In this document: one piece after another, positions 55,320 through 64,000 of the stretch
How positions within the stretch are numbered: the first letter of the stretch is position 1
How the letters are laid out: each line of letters opens with the position of its first letter
Source: Longimicrobiales bacterium
Lineage (GTDB): Bacteria; Gemmatimonadota; Gemmatimonadetes; Longimicrobiales; Gaopeijiaceae
Length of the DNA stretch: 64,000 nucleotides
Direction: 5' to 3'
Assembly (NCBI GenBank): GCA_965202985.1
Contig: CBDBCF010000001.1
Location: 1,504,001-1,568,000 of the forward strand
Program-made: the position numbers and the translations under genes
The notes under the pieces: generated by a model
What the model saw: only the letters and a program-made list of their open reading frames with translations
The model's database searches: none
Told to the model about the DNA's origin: nothing

Positions 55320-56900
55320 ATGCGCTTCTTCAACACGACCGGTCCAGTGACGGCGGAGCGCCACTACTGCATCCCGCCGCTCGACCGCGTGGACTTGGCC
55401 GAAGTCCGAAGGCTGGTCGCCGAGGACCGCTACTTCGTGCTCCACGCGCCCCGGCAGACGGGCAAGACGTCGGCCCTGCTGGCGCTCCAGGACCTGCTGA
55501 ACGAAGAGGGGCGCCACCGTTGCGTCTACGTCAACGTCGAGGCCGCCCAGGCCGCCCGAGAGGACGTCGAGGAAGCCATGCGAACGGTGCTGAGCGAGCT
55601 GGCGGATCGAGCGACCGACGCTCTGGGCGACGAAGAGCTGGAAGCGATCTGGCCGGAGATGCTGTCCACTCGCGGTCCCCACGCCGCCCTTCGACAGAGC
55701 TTGACGCGTTGGGCGCGGACCAGCTCCAAGCCGCTGGTGCTGCTCGTCGACGAGATCGACATGCTGGTGGGCGACTCGCTGCTTTCCGTGTTGCGGCAGC
55801 TGCGGGCGGGCTACGACATGCGCCCTCGGGCATTCCCCAAAAGCGTCGTCTTGTGCGGCGTGCGCGACGTGCGCGACTACCGAATCCATTCGAGCTCGGC
55901 GAACGCGATGGTCGCGGGCGGAAGCGCGTTCAACGTCAAGGCCACGTCGATGCGCCTGGGCGACTTCTCGCGCGATGCCGTGCGCGCCTTGCTGGGGCAG
56001 CACACCACGGAAACGGACCAGGCGTTCGCGGACGAGGCGCTGGAAGCGGTGTGGGCGCGCACCCGAGGACAGCCGTGGCTCGTGAACGCGCTCGCCTACG
56101 AGACGTGCTTTCGGGGAGACGGCGGGGCGGACCGGTCGCGACGTATCGAGGAAGCCGACGTTCATGCGGCCCAGGAAGCGCTGATTCGGCGGCGGGAGAC
56201 CCACCTGGACCAGCTCGCGGACAAGTTGCAGGAGGACCGCGTGCGGCGGGTGGTGGAGCCGTTGCTGGCCGGCGTCGGCGAGACGGAGTTCTCCGATCGC
56301 GACCTGGAGTACGCGCGGGACCTGGGACTGGTCGCGAGCGACCCCCCGCTCCGCATCGCCAACCCGATCTACGCCGAAGTGGTGCCCCGGCAGCTGACGT
56401 GGACGGCGCAGGAAGCGCTCGCGCACGATCCGGCGTGGTACGTGAGCGCCGACGGCGGTCTGGAGATGGAGAAGCTGCTCGCGGCCTTCCAGGAGTTCTT
56501 CCGGGAGCATTCGGAGCACTGGGTCGAGCGGTTCCAGTACAAGGAGGCGGGAGCGCAGCTGTTGTTGCAGGCGTTCTTGCAACGGGTCGTAAACAGCGGA
56601 GGTCGCATCGAGCGGGAGTACGGACTTGGGCGCGGCCGCACCGATCTGCTCGTGCTGTGGCCGCAGGGCGGCGGGACGCAAAGACACGTGGTCGAGTGCA
56701 AGGTGCTGTTGCACAGGGGCCTCGACCGGACGGTGGCCGAGGGCGTGGAGCAGACGGCGCGCTACATGGACCGTTGCGACGCCGAGGCGGGCCACTTGGT
56801 CGTGTTCGATCGAAGGGAGCGCCGCAGCTGGGCCGACAAGGTGTTCCGGCGGACGCGGCAGGCGCAGGACGGGACCCGCGTCCAAGTCTGGGGGATGTGA
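55320..56900 (+). CDS. AAA-like ATPase with C-terminal PD-(D/E)XK nuclease-like domain
   Basis: MRFFNTTGP, Walker A APRQTGKTS, Walker B LLVDEID, C-terminal REY...RTDL...VVECK...Q...Y. Confidence 0.85.
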   Translation: MRFFNTTGPVTAERHYCIPPLDRVDLAEVRRLVAEDRYFVLHAPRQTGKTSALLALQDLLNEEGRHRCVYVNVEAAQAAREDVEEAMRTVLSELADRATDALGDEELEAIWPEMLSTRGPHAALRQSLTRWARTSSKPLVLLVDEIDMLVGDSLLSVLRQLRAGYDMRPRAFPKSVVLCGVRDVRDYRIHSSSANAMVAGGSAFNVKATSMRLGDFSRDAVRALLGQHTTETDQAFADEALEAVWARTRGQPWLVNALAYETCFRGDGGADRSRRIEEADVHAAQEALIRRRETHLDQLADKLQEDRVRRVVEPLLAGVGETEFSDRDLEYARDLGLVASDPPLRIANPIYAEVVPRQLTWTAQEALAHDPAWYVSADGGLEMEKLLAAFQEFFREHSEHWVERFQYKEAGAQLLLQAFLQRVVNSGGRIEREYGLGRGRTDLLVLWPQGGGTQRHVVECKVLLHRGLDRTVAEGVEQTARYMDRCDAEAGHLVVFDRRERRSWADKVFRRTRQAQDGTRVQVWGM

Positions 56901-56921
56901 GCGCAACCAGGAGACGCTCAA

Positions 56922-58001
56922 ATGCGGATCGCCATCAACACCGGAGGGGGCGACGCCCCGGGACTGAACGCCGTCGTGCGCGCAACGGTGCTGGCGGCGG
57001 AGCGGCGCGGATGGGACGTGGTGGGGATTCGGCGCGGGTACGACGGGCTCTTCGACCCGGACGGCCTGGTCGAGCTGAACGACGCGGCGGTGGCCGGGAT
57101 CACCCACACGGGAGGCACGATCCTCGGGACGACCAACCGAGGCAGTCCCTTCGCCTTTCCGGTCAAGCGGGCGGACGGCGAGGTCGAATACGTGGACCGC
57201 TCCGCCGACGTGGTGGCCCGCATCGGCGAGCTGGGGATCGACTGCCTGATCGCGGTGGGCGGCGACGGCTCGTTGCGGATCGCCGGCGAACTGGCGGACA
57301 AGGGGCTCAACGTCGTCGGCGTGCCCAAGACGATCGACAACGATCTGAACGCCACGTCGGTGACGTTCGGCTTCCACACCGCCGTGCAGACCGCCACCGA
57401 CGCCATCGACAAGCTTCACTCCACCGCCGAGTCCCACCAGCGGGTCATGGTCGTGGAGCTGATGGGTCGCCATGCCGGCTGGATCGCCCTCTTCGCCGGT
57501 CTTGCCGCCACCGCCGACGCTATCCTGATCCCCGAGCTTCCGTACGACTTGGCCAAGGTCGCCGAGAAGATCGACGCCCGCTGGGCGGCGGGTCGCGAGT
57601 TCGCGATCGTCGTGGTGGCGGAGGGCGCAGCGCCCTTGGGTGGCGAAGCATCCTACCTGGAAGAGATCAAGCCGAGCGGCGCCCGCCGACTGGGCGGGGC
57701 CGGAAAGCGCGTCGCCCGAGCGCTGGAAGCGCTGACCGGCCGAGAGACCCGCAGCCTGGTCCTGGGACACCTTCAGCGGGGCGGCCGGCCCATCGCGTAC
57801 GACCGCATCCTGTCCCTGCGCTTCGGCACCGCGGCCGTTGAGTTCGCGGAGCAGGGCCGGTTCGGCTGCATCGTGGCCTACGACCCGCCAGACATGAAGG
57901 CGGCGCCCTTGGCCGAAGCCACCCGCAACCGCAAGATGGTCCCCCCGGAGGGCGACATGGTCCGCGCCGCGCGCGCCATGGGCATCTCTTTCGGGGACTG
58001 A
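56922..58001 (+). CDS. pfkA: 6-phosphofructokinase
   Basis: TGGGDAPGLN, GGTILGT, VGGDGS, PKTIDND, ELMGRHAG, LGHLQRGG. Confidence 0.95.
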   Translation: MRIAINTGGGDAPGLNAVVRATVLAAERRGWDVVGIRRGYDGLFDPDGLVELNDAAVAGITHTGGTILGTTNRGSPFAFPVKRADGEVEYVDRSADVVARIGELGIDCLIAVGGDGSLRIAGELADKGLNVVGVPKTIDNDLNATSVTFGFHTAVQTATDAIDKLHSTAESHQRVMVVELMGRHAGWIALFAGLAATADAILIPELPYDLAKVAEKIDARWAAGREFAIVVVAEGAAPLGGEASYLEEIKPSGARRLGGAGKRVARALEALTGRETRSLVLGHLQRGGRPIAYDRILSLRFGTAAVEFAEQGRFGCIVAYDPPDMKAAPLAEATRNRKMVPPEGDMVRAARAMGISFGD

Positions 58002-58041
58002 CGGACACCCTCATGGTTTCCGCCCAAGCCCGGGAGCGATC

Positions 58042-58866
58042 ATGAACCAGTCCACCGCTGGCCAAACGCGCAGGACGCGATGTCTCGGCGTCGCCGTAGC
58101 GCTCGTTGCCGCCGTCCTTGCCCTCTGCGGACTCCAGCCCCGAGCAACGGCTGCCCAAGAGCCTCCGCCGCCTCCCCAAGTCGCGTCGCAGGCGCCGGCG
58201 AACGACACCTTGATCGCCGTGGAGGGCGAAGTGCTGGACGCCGTATCGGGCGTCCCCGTGGCGGCCGCGATCGTAGTGCTGGCGGGCGGTCACACGACGT
58301 TCAGCGACAGGATGGGCTACTTCCGCTTTGAAGCCGTCCCGCCCGGCACGTACTCGTTGCGCGTGTTCCGCGTCGGGTACGCGACCGTGGAGGCCCGAAC
58401 GCCGATCGACGGCCAGGAAGTGCTGGTGATCCGAATGGACCCCGGCCCCATTCCGCTGGAAGGCATCGAGGTCCGGGTCCGGGGTCGGGACGAGCTCGAG
58501 CGGCGGGCGGCGGGCAGTCCCGTGGGAATCATCGGTCCCGTGGAGATGGAACGGCTGAGCCAGCGCTACCTCACCATGGACCAAGTCCTTGCCGGGCGGT
58601 TCATGGCGGGCGCCCGTTTCCGGCCCTCAAGAGGCTTCGGCGACCCGGGTTGCCTCGTCGTCTCGGGCGGCCGGGCGGGCAGTTGCGTGGCCGTGGTCGT
58701 GGACGGCGTGCTGCTTCCGCCCAGCGACGCAAGCTGGGTCTACGAGATCAGCCCCAGCGACGTGTTCGCCGTGCGCTTCCTGCGGGGCTCCGAAGCCGGG
58801 TTGCGGTACGGCTACTCCGGAGCGCCGGGCGTCCTCGTCGTCGAGAGCCGCATGGGCCGCCGCTGA
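58042..58866 (+). CDS. Secreted carboxypeptidase-regulatory-like domain protein with TonB plug-like C-terminus
   Basis: Signal peptide, GEVLDAVSGVPV...SDRMGYFRF...PGTYSLRV.RVGY, C-terminal VVVDG...ISPSDV...A..RYG...GVLVV. Confidence 0.75.
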   Translation: MNQSTAGQTRRTRCLGVAVALVAAVLALCGLQPRATAAQEPPPPPQVASQAPANDTLIAVEGEVLDAVSGVPVAAAIVVLAGGHTTFSDRMGYFRFEAVPPGTYSLRVFRVGYATVEARTPIDGQEVLVIRMDPGPIPLEGIEVRVRGRDELERRAAGSPVGIIGPVEMERLSQRYLTMDQVLAGRFMAGARFRPSRGFGDPGCLVVSGGRAGSCVAVVVDGVLLPPSDASWVYEISPSDVFAVRFLRGSEAGLRYGYSGAPGVLVVESRMGRR

Positions 58867-59085
58867 AGCAGTTCAGTGCCTCGGTTGCCCGTCGTCGCGC
58901 AGTCTCCCGCATGTATTGACCGCAATGTCTGCCGCAACACCGACAAAAGTCATCGCCAAGAAACGCAGCCAAATCCGCCTTGCCGGAGGCGAGGGATCAC
59001 GGTAGCGTTTACCGGCTAATGCAGCGAATTGCCCCTTGCTGCCCACGTCGTGGGCGACGCCCTCGCCGGAAAGGAGCCGCAAGCC

Positions 59086-62019
59086 ATGTCGCCAAGAGGA
59101 TCGACCACCGAGCCTTCCTTCAACGAGGCGCTCGGCACGGCGCTGCGAAGGTCGGTCGCGAGGTGGCGCGAATCGCCGGACTATGTGCAGGTGGAACGCA
59201 CGCGGACGATCGCGGGTGCGGCGGGCAAGCATCCCGACATTCTGATTGCGGACCCGGAGATGTGGCCAGTGGCGATCGAGGCGTCGTTCGATGGTAGGGA
59301 TGCAGACCGGGATGCTTCGGCCCGTCTCGGCTTGGAGACGGCGGCAAGCGGAATGCAGATCGAGACCGCGGTTGCAGTTCGCATTCCGGAATCCTGCCGG
59401 GAGTGGTCGCGGTCGCGGATTGCGCAAGAACTCGGCGAGGGCGTGGAAATTGCTTATGCCGTGCATCAACGCGCAGGTGAAGGTGCGTCGCAACGGTGGC
59501 CGAGCAACGGATTCGTGATGGGTGCCGCCGCCGACCTCGTCGACCTCCTGCCGCTCGTCGCTTCGCCAAGAGAGGTCGTCGACGAGACGGCGGACTACGT
59601 CGCGCAACGGGTTCAGTGGGCGGCTGCCCGACTCCACGACCCCAGCACGCCGTCGCAAAGGGAGCGGCTCGCTGCGGAGGTGCACCAGAGAACGGTGCTG
59701 AAGGGCTTTGCCACGACCATGGTCGTCTGGCTCAATGCGTTGTTGACCCAGGCCAGGCTTCACGAGCGCCACCAAAACGTGCCCGCGCCGACCGATTGTT
59801 GCGACGAAGCAGGATATCCCTTGCCTTACGATTTCGTGAAGGCGTGGCGTCAGATACTAACCGAGAACTGGCGATCGGTCTTCGAGCCCGCAAAGAACGT
59901 CATGGCAAGGGCGGTGGCGGTCAATGCTTCGGCGACATCGCAAGCGTTGCGCTGTCTATTGGAGGCAACTCAGAGAATCAAGGCTCGCAGACTAGGGGCA
60001 CACATCAACGTCGGCGCGGAGCTCTTTCCGAAGCTGAGCGACGACCGGAAGACGGCCGCCGCCTACTACACTCAGCCTCCCGCTGCCGAGTTCCTGGCGG
60101 CGATGACCGTTACTCGGAAATCGTTGCCGTCCGGCATTTCTTGGGCCGACGCGAACTTGTGGGATCACGCCAAGCTTGCCGACTTGGCCTGCGGCACCGG
60201 CACGCTTCTCCGCGCCGGCTATCGGCGGGTCGCTGCGCTTCACCAGCGTTCCGGCGCCGCAACGCCCGACTCCATGACGCGACTTCACAAGGTGGCCATG
60301 GAAACGGGTATCTACGGCACCGACATCAGTCCCATCGCCGCCCATCTGACGGCTTCCTCACTGGCGGCGCTGGGCGACGGCAATCCATACGGCGCGACTC
60401 ACGTCGGATGGGTCAGAGTCGGCGGAACGCCCGCCAAGGCGGGAGCGCTGGAGTACTTCGAGGCGGACGAGATGGACGACCTCTTCGGGACGGCGGGAGA
60501 GAGGTCGGCCGGGGTCGAGGAAGAACCCCCGAGTTCGGTGTATGTCGGCGACGACTCTCTTTGTTGGGTGCTGATGAACCCGCCGTACTCGCGTACCCGA
60601 GGCGGCCAGAGCGCCTTCGACGTTGCCGGCGTAAGCGACGAGGAACGGAAGGCCTGCCAGCGCCGATGGCGAGATCTGGCGCGCGGCAAGTCGAACAATC
60701 AGGCAGGCATGGCCGCTTCGTTCTTGGCGCTGGCGGACCAGAAGCTCAGCCCCGGTGGCCGCCTGGGCTTCGTGCTTCCCTTGACGGCTGCCTTCGCGGA
60801 CAGCTGGACGACGACGCGGAAGCTTGTCGAGACGGGCTATGACGACATTGTCGCAATCGCGTTCTCGGCTGGTGGGGCGCTCGGGCGAGAAGCCGTCTCG
60901 GCGGACACGGGCATGGAAGAGATGATGCTGGTCGCCGCGAAGCGGGCTTCTGCGGGGCCGTCGGCTGTCGTTGTTCGATGCGTCACCTTGTACGAGCCGT
61001 TGCGCGACGCCGGGCAGGCCCACGAGATCGCTCGAGCAGTGGGTCGCGCCGTCGGCGAGATCGGCGCGGGTCACATCCCGGTCCGCGTCGGCGACCAAGA
61101 GGTCGGCAGAGTGGTTGCGTTCGAAGCCGATGGATCGGGCAAGCCGTGGACCCCTGTTGCTGCCATGTCGGCCCTGTTGCCCGAGTTCTCGAACGCCCTG
61201 AGCCAAGGCCGCTTCGGCGACCTTGCCGGCCCGAGAACCGTAGCGGCAAACGTGCCCTTTGGATGCATGGAGGACTTGTTTGAGATCGGACCGACGCACG
61301 ACTTGATCGGGTACCCGGTAGGCGGGGACGGACGCGGCGCCTTCGAGTTCCACCCGTTGCCGCCCGGGGCGTCGCTGGTCGGCGATCGGGCCCTGTGGGT
61401 GGCCGACTCGAAGAGGCAGAAGCGGATGGAGGTGCGCCCCACGCACAAGGGAATCGTCCCCAAGGCGCTCACGGGCAGGGACCAAGACCGGATGCGAGCG
61501 CGGGCCGCCACGCTGTTCTACGCCCGCAACCTAAGGTGGACGTCCCAGTCACTGTTGGCGGCCGCCACGGAGGCGCCGGTAATGGGCGGCCGTTCGTGGA
61601 CGGCCCTGGGGCACGCCGACGAGCACGTCCTCAAAGCGTTCGCGCTTTGGGCCAACTCCACCTTGGGCAGCCTGCTTCACTGGTCCGTTGGCCAGAGGAC
61701 CCAGGCAGGTCGATCCACGACGCAGATCGGCGCACTCCGGCGGATACCCGTGCCCCTGCTGGATCGATTGGACGCCCCGGCGCTGGACGTCGCCGCCCGC
61801 GAGTTCGACAAGATCAAGACGAAGCTCTTGCGGCCCCTGTGCCAAGCCCACGCCGATCCGGTCCGCAAGGAGATCGACCAAGCAGTGGTGCGAATGCTGG
61901 CCCTGCCTCCATGGGCTGACGAGGTCGTGGCCAAGGTGCGCGACCTCTGGTGCAGGGAGCCGTCCGTCCACGGCAACAACAGAGCGGCCCTGGCGCTGCT
62001 GGAATCATTTGACAGATAG
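59086..62019 (+). CDS. Fused restriction-modification enzyme (Type IIG-like): nuclease-like N-terminus + N6-adenine MTase + specificity region
   Basis: AAGGAG before ATG 59086; HPDILI...VAIEAS, AYYT, DLACGTGTLL, GTDI, LMNPPY, LGFVLP. Confidence 0.8.
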   Translation: MSPRGSTTEPSFNEALGTALRRSVARWRESPDYVQVERTRTIAGAAGKHPDILIADPEMWPVAIEASFDGRDADRDASARLGLETAASGMQIETAVAVRIPESCREWSRSRIAQELGEGVEIAYAVHQRAGEGASQRWPSNGFVMGAAADLVDLLPLVASPREVVDETADYVAQRVQWAAARLHDPSTPSQRERLAAEVHQRTVLKGFATTMVVWLNALLTQARLHERHQNVPAPTDCCDEAGYPLPYDFVKAWRQILTENWRSVFEPAKNVMARAVAVNASATSQALRCLLEATQRIKARRLGAHINVGAELFPKLSDDRKTAAAYYTQPPAAEFLAAMTVTRKSLPSGISWADANLWDHAKLADLACGTGTLLRAGYRRVAALHQRSGAATPDSMTRLHKVAMETGIYGTDISPIAAHLTASSLAALGDGNPYGATHVGWVRVGGTPAKAGALEYFEADEMDDLFGTAGERSAGVEEEPPSSVYVGDDSLCWVLMNPPYSRTRGGQSAFDVAGVSDEERKACQRRWRDLARGKSNNQAGMAASFLALADQKLSPGGRLGFVLPLTAAFADSWTTTRKLVETGYDDIVAIAFSAGGALGREAVSADTGMEEMMLVAAKRASAGPSAVVVRCVTLYEPLRDAGQAHEIARAVGRAVGEIGAGHIPVRVGDQEVGRVVAFEADGSGKPWTPVAAMSALLPEFSNALSQGRFGDLAGPRTVAANVPFGCMEDLFEIGPTHDLIGYPVGGDGRGAFEFHPLPPGASLVGDRALWVADSKRQKRMEVRPTHKGIVPKALTGRDQDRMRARAATLFYARNLRWTSQSLLAAATEAPVMGGRSWTALGHADEHVLKAFALWANSTLGSLLHWSVGQRTQAGRSTTQIGALRRIPVPLLDRLDAPALDVAAREFDKIKTKLLRPLCQAHADPVRKEIDQAVVRMLALPPWADEVVAKVRDLWCREPSVHGNNRAALALLESFDR

Positions 62020-62049
62020 TGGACAGAATTTGTCAAAGAATCTGTCAAA
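62008..62049. repeat. Nested inverted repeat, possible operator
   Basis: TTTGACAGAT (62008-62017) and ATCTGTCAAA (62040-62049) form a perfect 10-bp inverted repeat enclosing a second GACAGA/TGTCAAA pair. Confidence 0.6.
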
Positions 62050-63241
62050 GCCGGTGTCCTGCCCCAGTCTGCGGGCCGTCTGCCTGACTTGCTGGACTTC
62101 TGCCGCCCTGGCAGCGACCTCGTGCGACCGTGCCACGGACATGAGCGACCGGATCCGAGTCGATACCTTGAGCAGCGGCCGCGTGCTGGTGTCCAACCCG
62201 GACCGGGCCGCAGTTTCCGACAATGCAGTTGCGCGACTGATCGAAGACCTGCGCATCGGGCACGCTGTTGGCGAGCGCTCGGACGCGCCGGATGTCTTCG
62301 GCTCGATCATCGCCCTTGCGGCAGACGACGCCGGCAGAATCTACGTGGCCGACCACCAGTCGAACGACATTCGCGTCTTTGATGCGACGGGCAGTTCTGT
62401 TGGGCGGATCGGGCGAAAAGGGGAAGGTCCGGGGGAGTTTCGGTTTCTCGCCGGAGTCGCATGGCAACGGGAAGACGGAATCCTCTGGGCGATGGATCCG
62501 GTCCGCCATCGCCTGATCGCCTTCGATTCGACCGGCGCGTTGTTGCACGAAAACCGACATGGCGACTTCACGTTTGCCACCATACCCTGGACCGGCAAGA
62601 CCGACGCGAACCGATTTCTGTTCGACGAGAGGCGGAAGGACATGCTTGTGAGGCACCGAACCCTGCCAACAGGAGAGGTCGTGGCCTCGGATACGTTGCG
62701 ACTGCCGCCAGTCGAGACGAACACCTATGCGACGGAGTCGGAGGGCGTGACGGCGCTGAGCTCCGTGCCGATGTCGCCATACCGAGTCTGGACAGCGGCG
62801 CCTGACGGCAATGCGTGGTTAGCCGTCACTTCCTCCTACGAGATGCACGAGGTCACGTTTGCGGGCGACACCGTTCGTACCGTGAAGCTGCTGCGATCAG
62901 CCTCTCCTCTTGAAGGGGAAGAGCGAGACAGCATAGCAGCGGCCAGTCGGATTCCCGCGCGGAGACTGCCCAGGCGCAAGCCGGTCTTCCGGTCCCTGAA
63001 TTCCGGGCCGGACGGACAGCTGTGGGTCGAGGTGGGCGCCGGAGAAGTTGCGCGGCGCTGGGACGTCTTTGATCGGTCCGGGTACTATCTGGGCAGAGTC
63101 GAGTCGCCGGTTGGTCTTCAACGCTCCACGGCACGACTGGTCGTCGGCGCTGGCGTCGTGATCGGAGTCGTCGAGGACGAAGTCGGAGTCCAGTACGTCG
63201 TCCGCTTCCGCGTACCGGAGCGGTTCGGCCCGGAATCCTAG
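62030..63241 (+). CDS. 6-bladed beta-propeller family lipoprotein
   Basis: Lipobox-like AATSC, GRIYVAD, IGRKGEGPGEF, C-terminal IGVVEDEVGVQYV; start uncertain. Confidence 0.8.
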   Translation: MSKNLSKPVSCPSLRAVCLTCWTSAALAATSCDRATDMSDRIRVDTLSSGRVLVSNPDRAAVSDNAVARLIEDLRIGHAVGERSDAPDVFGSIIALAADDAGRIYVADHQSNDIRVFDATGSSVGRIGRKGEGPGEFRFLAGVAWQREDGILWAMDPVRHRLIAFDSTGALLHENRHGDFTFATIPWTGKTDANRFLFDERRKDMLVRHRTLPTGEVVASDTLRLPPVETNTYATESEGVTALSSVPMSPYRVWTAAPDGNAWLAVTSSYEMHEVTFAGDTVRTVKLLRSASPLEGEERDSIAAASRIPARRLPRRKPVFRSLNSGPDGQLWVEVGAGEVARRWDVFDRSGYYLGRVESPVGLQRSTARLVVGAGVVIGVVEDEVGVQYVVRFRVPERFGPES

Positions 63242-64000
63242 CGACCGTCGCCCGGTCCGGCTGTGCGCGGCCGCTCGTCGCCCATCGCTTCCCGCCAGTC
63301 CTCGGCTCGCAACGACGCCAAGTTGGCGAAGAGCCGGTAGGCGCCTGGGACCAGCGCCGGGAACTGCCGAAAGAAGGCCAAGCCCGTGTAGACGTAGAGG
63401 CCGTCGCCCACCGTCGCGACCAGCAGGGCGCCCTGCTTGGGTCGTTCGCCCGGGTCCGCGGTCTCCATGACGGGCACGAAGCGCGCATCCCACTCGCCGA
63501 GAAAGTAGAGGCCCCGTTCTTGGACCCAGCCGTCGAAGTCCGCCGGTCCCACCGCGTTGGGGGTCGTGAAGACGGGGGCTTCGGGCGCGAGAAGGGTTAT
63601 CGGGGCCGTCTCGTCCACGACCCGGTCGTGAGGCCGGTTCATGCGGACGGGGTAGGGCGCGAACCCGCCCTGCGGGTATTCGTACTTGTTGTACTGGACA
63701 ATGACGGTGCCGCCTGAACGGGCGAACGCCAGCACCGCGTCGTTGGCGTCCGCCAGCTCCGGGCGCGTCTCGTAGGCGCGGACGCCCAGCATCAGCACGT
63801 CGTAGTCGCCGAAGCTGCCCTCCCGGACCTGGGCCTCGTCCAGCAGCTCCACCGTCATGCCCATCTGCCGAAGCGCGTCGGCGCCCCCGTCGCCCGAGCC
63901 GACCACGTAGCCCACGCGAACGGTTGCGTCGGCGGTCACGTCGAACGCGGCGACCTGGGCGGTGGAAGGGGCGAACAGGGCGGCACGGCGAATGTGCGGG
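63238..64000 (-). CDS. C-terminal part of a large PIG-L/LmbE-family deacetylase-like protein (5' end outside window)
   Basis: VGYVVGSGD, GVRAYE, GGTVIVQY, FDGWVQERGLYF, FFRQFPALVPGAYRLFANL: the typical C-terminal GATase-like domain of this family. Confidence 0.75.
   Translation of the reverse strand, partial: PHIRRAALFAPSTAQVAAFDVTADATVRVGYVVGSGDGGADALRQMGMTVELLDEAQVREGSFGDYDVLMLGVRAYETRPELADANDAVLAFARSGGTVIVQYNKYEYPQGGFAPYPVRMNRPHDRVVDETAPITLLAPEAPVFTTPNAVGPADFDGWVQERGLYFLGEWDARFVPVMETADPGERPKQGALLVATVGDGLYVYTGLAFFRQFPALVPGAYRLFANLASLRAEDWREAMGDERPRTAGPGDGR

Noticed and set aside
54557..57841. 1094-aa ORF running through the C19 tract (poly-Pro)
   Set aside because: Arg/Gly/Ala-rich off-frame translation overlapping the MTase, AAA protein and pfkA; the tract is better read as intergenic than as a coding frameshift switch.

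Overview
High-GC bacterial chromosome segment spanning the replication origin; protein style and gene content suggest Gemmatimonadota, which is an inference that cannot be confirmed here. Left arm, all genes on the minus strand: pdhC-pdhB-pdhA-lipA, a decayed ORF plus a small membrane peptide, a beta-propeller gene, DUF819, a zinc-ribbon protein, an M14 peptidase, Nif3, bactofilin, an M23 peptidase, parB-parA, a cluster of parS sites, mnmG-mnmE-yidC-yidD-rnpA-rpmH. Then dnaA, oriC (DnaA boxes plus a Bacillus-like box-box-GGCC-trio unwinding motif) and dnaN. Right arm: pyrE, a lipoprotein/histidine kinase/sigma54 regulator/coiled-coil/beta-barrel operon, kbl-tdh-MazG-like-ADH, a ~6 kb island (AraC-like HTH, Cys-rich secreted precursor, and intact and decaying 6-bladed beta-propeller paralogues), queE, Nudix, TolB-like protein, saccharopine-dehydrogenase-like protein, a GyrA/ParC-like subunit, MOSC, and a rearranged paa-like di-iron monooxygenase cluster. 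It continues with an AT-richer Type II R-M pair (C5 MTase + PLD-type NgoFVII-like nuclease) whose predicted promoter abuts a C19/G19 homopolymer, an AAA/PD-(D/E)XK protein, pfkA, a fused nuclease-N6 MTase, another beta-propeller and the 3' end of a PIG-L-like gene. Best leads: the HTH/Cys-rich peptide/beta-propeller island, the possibly phase-variable R-M promoter that may also read into the paa-like cluster, and a possible CTG start for dnaA. No rRNA, tRNA, CRISPR array, integrase or transposase was recognised.
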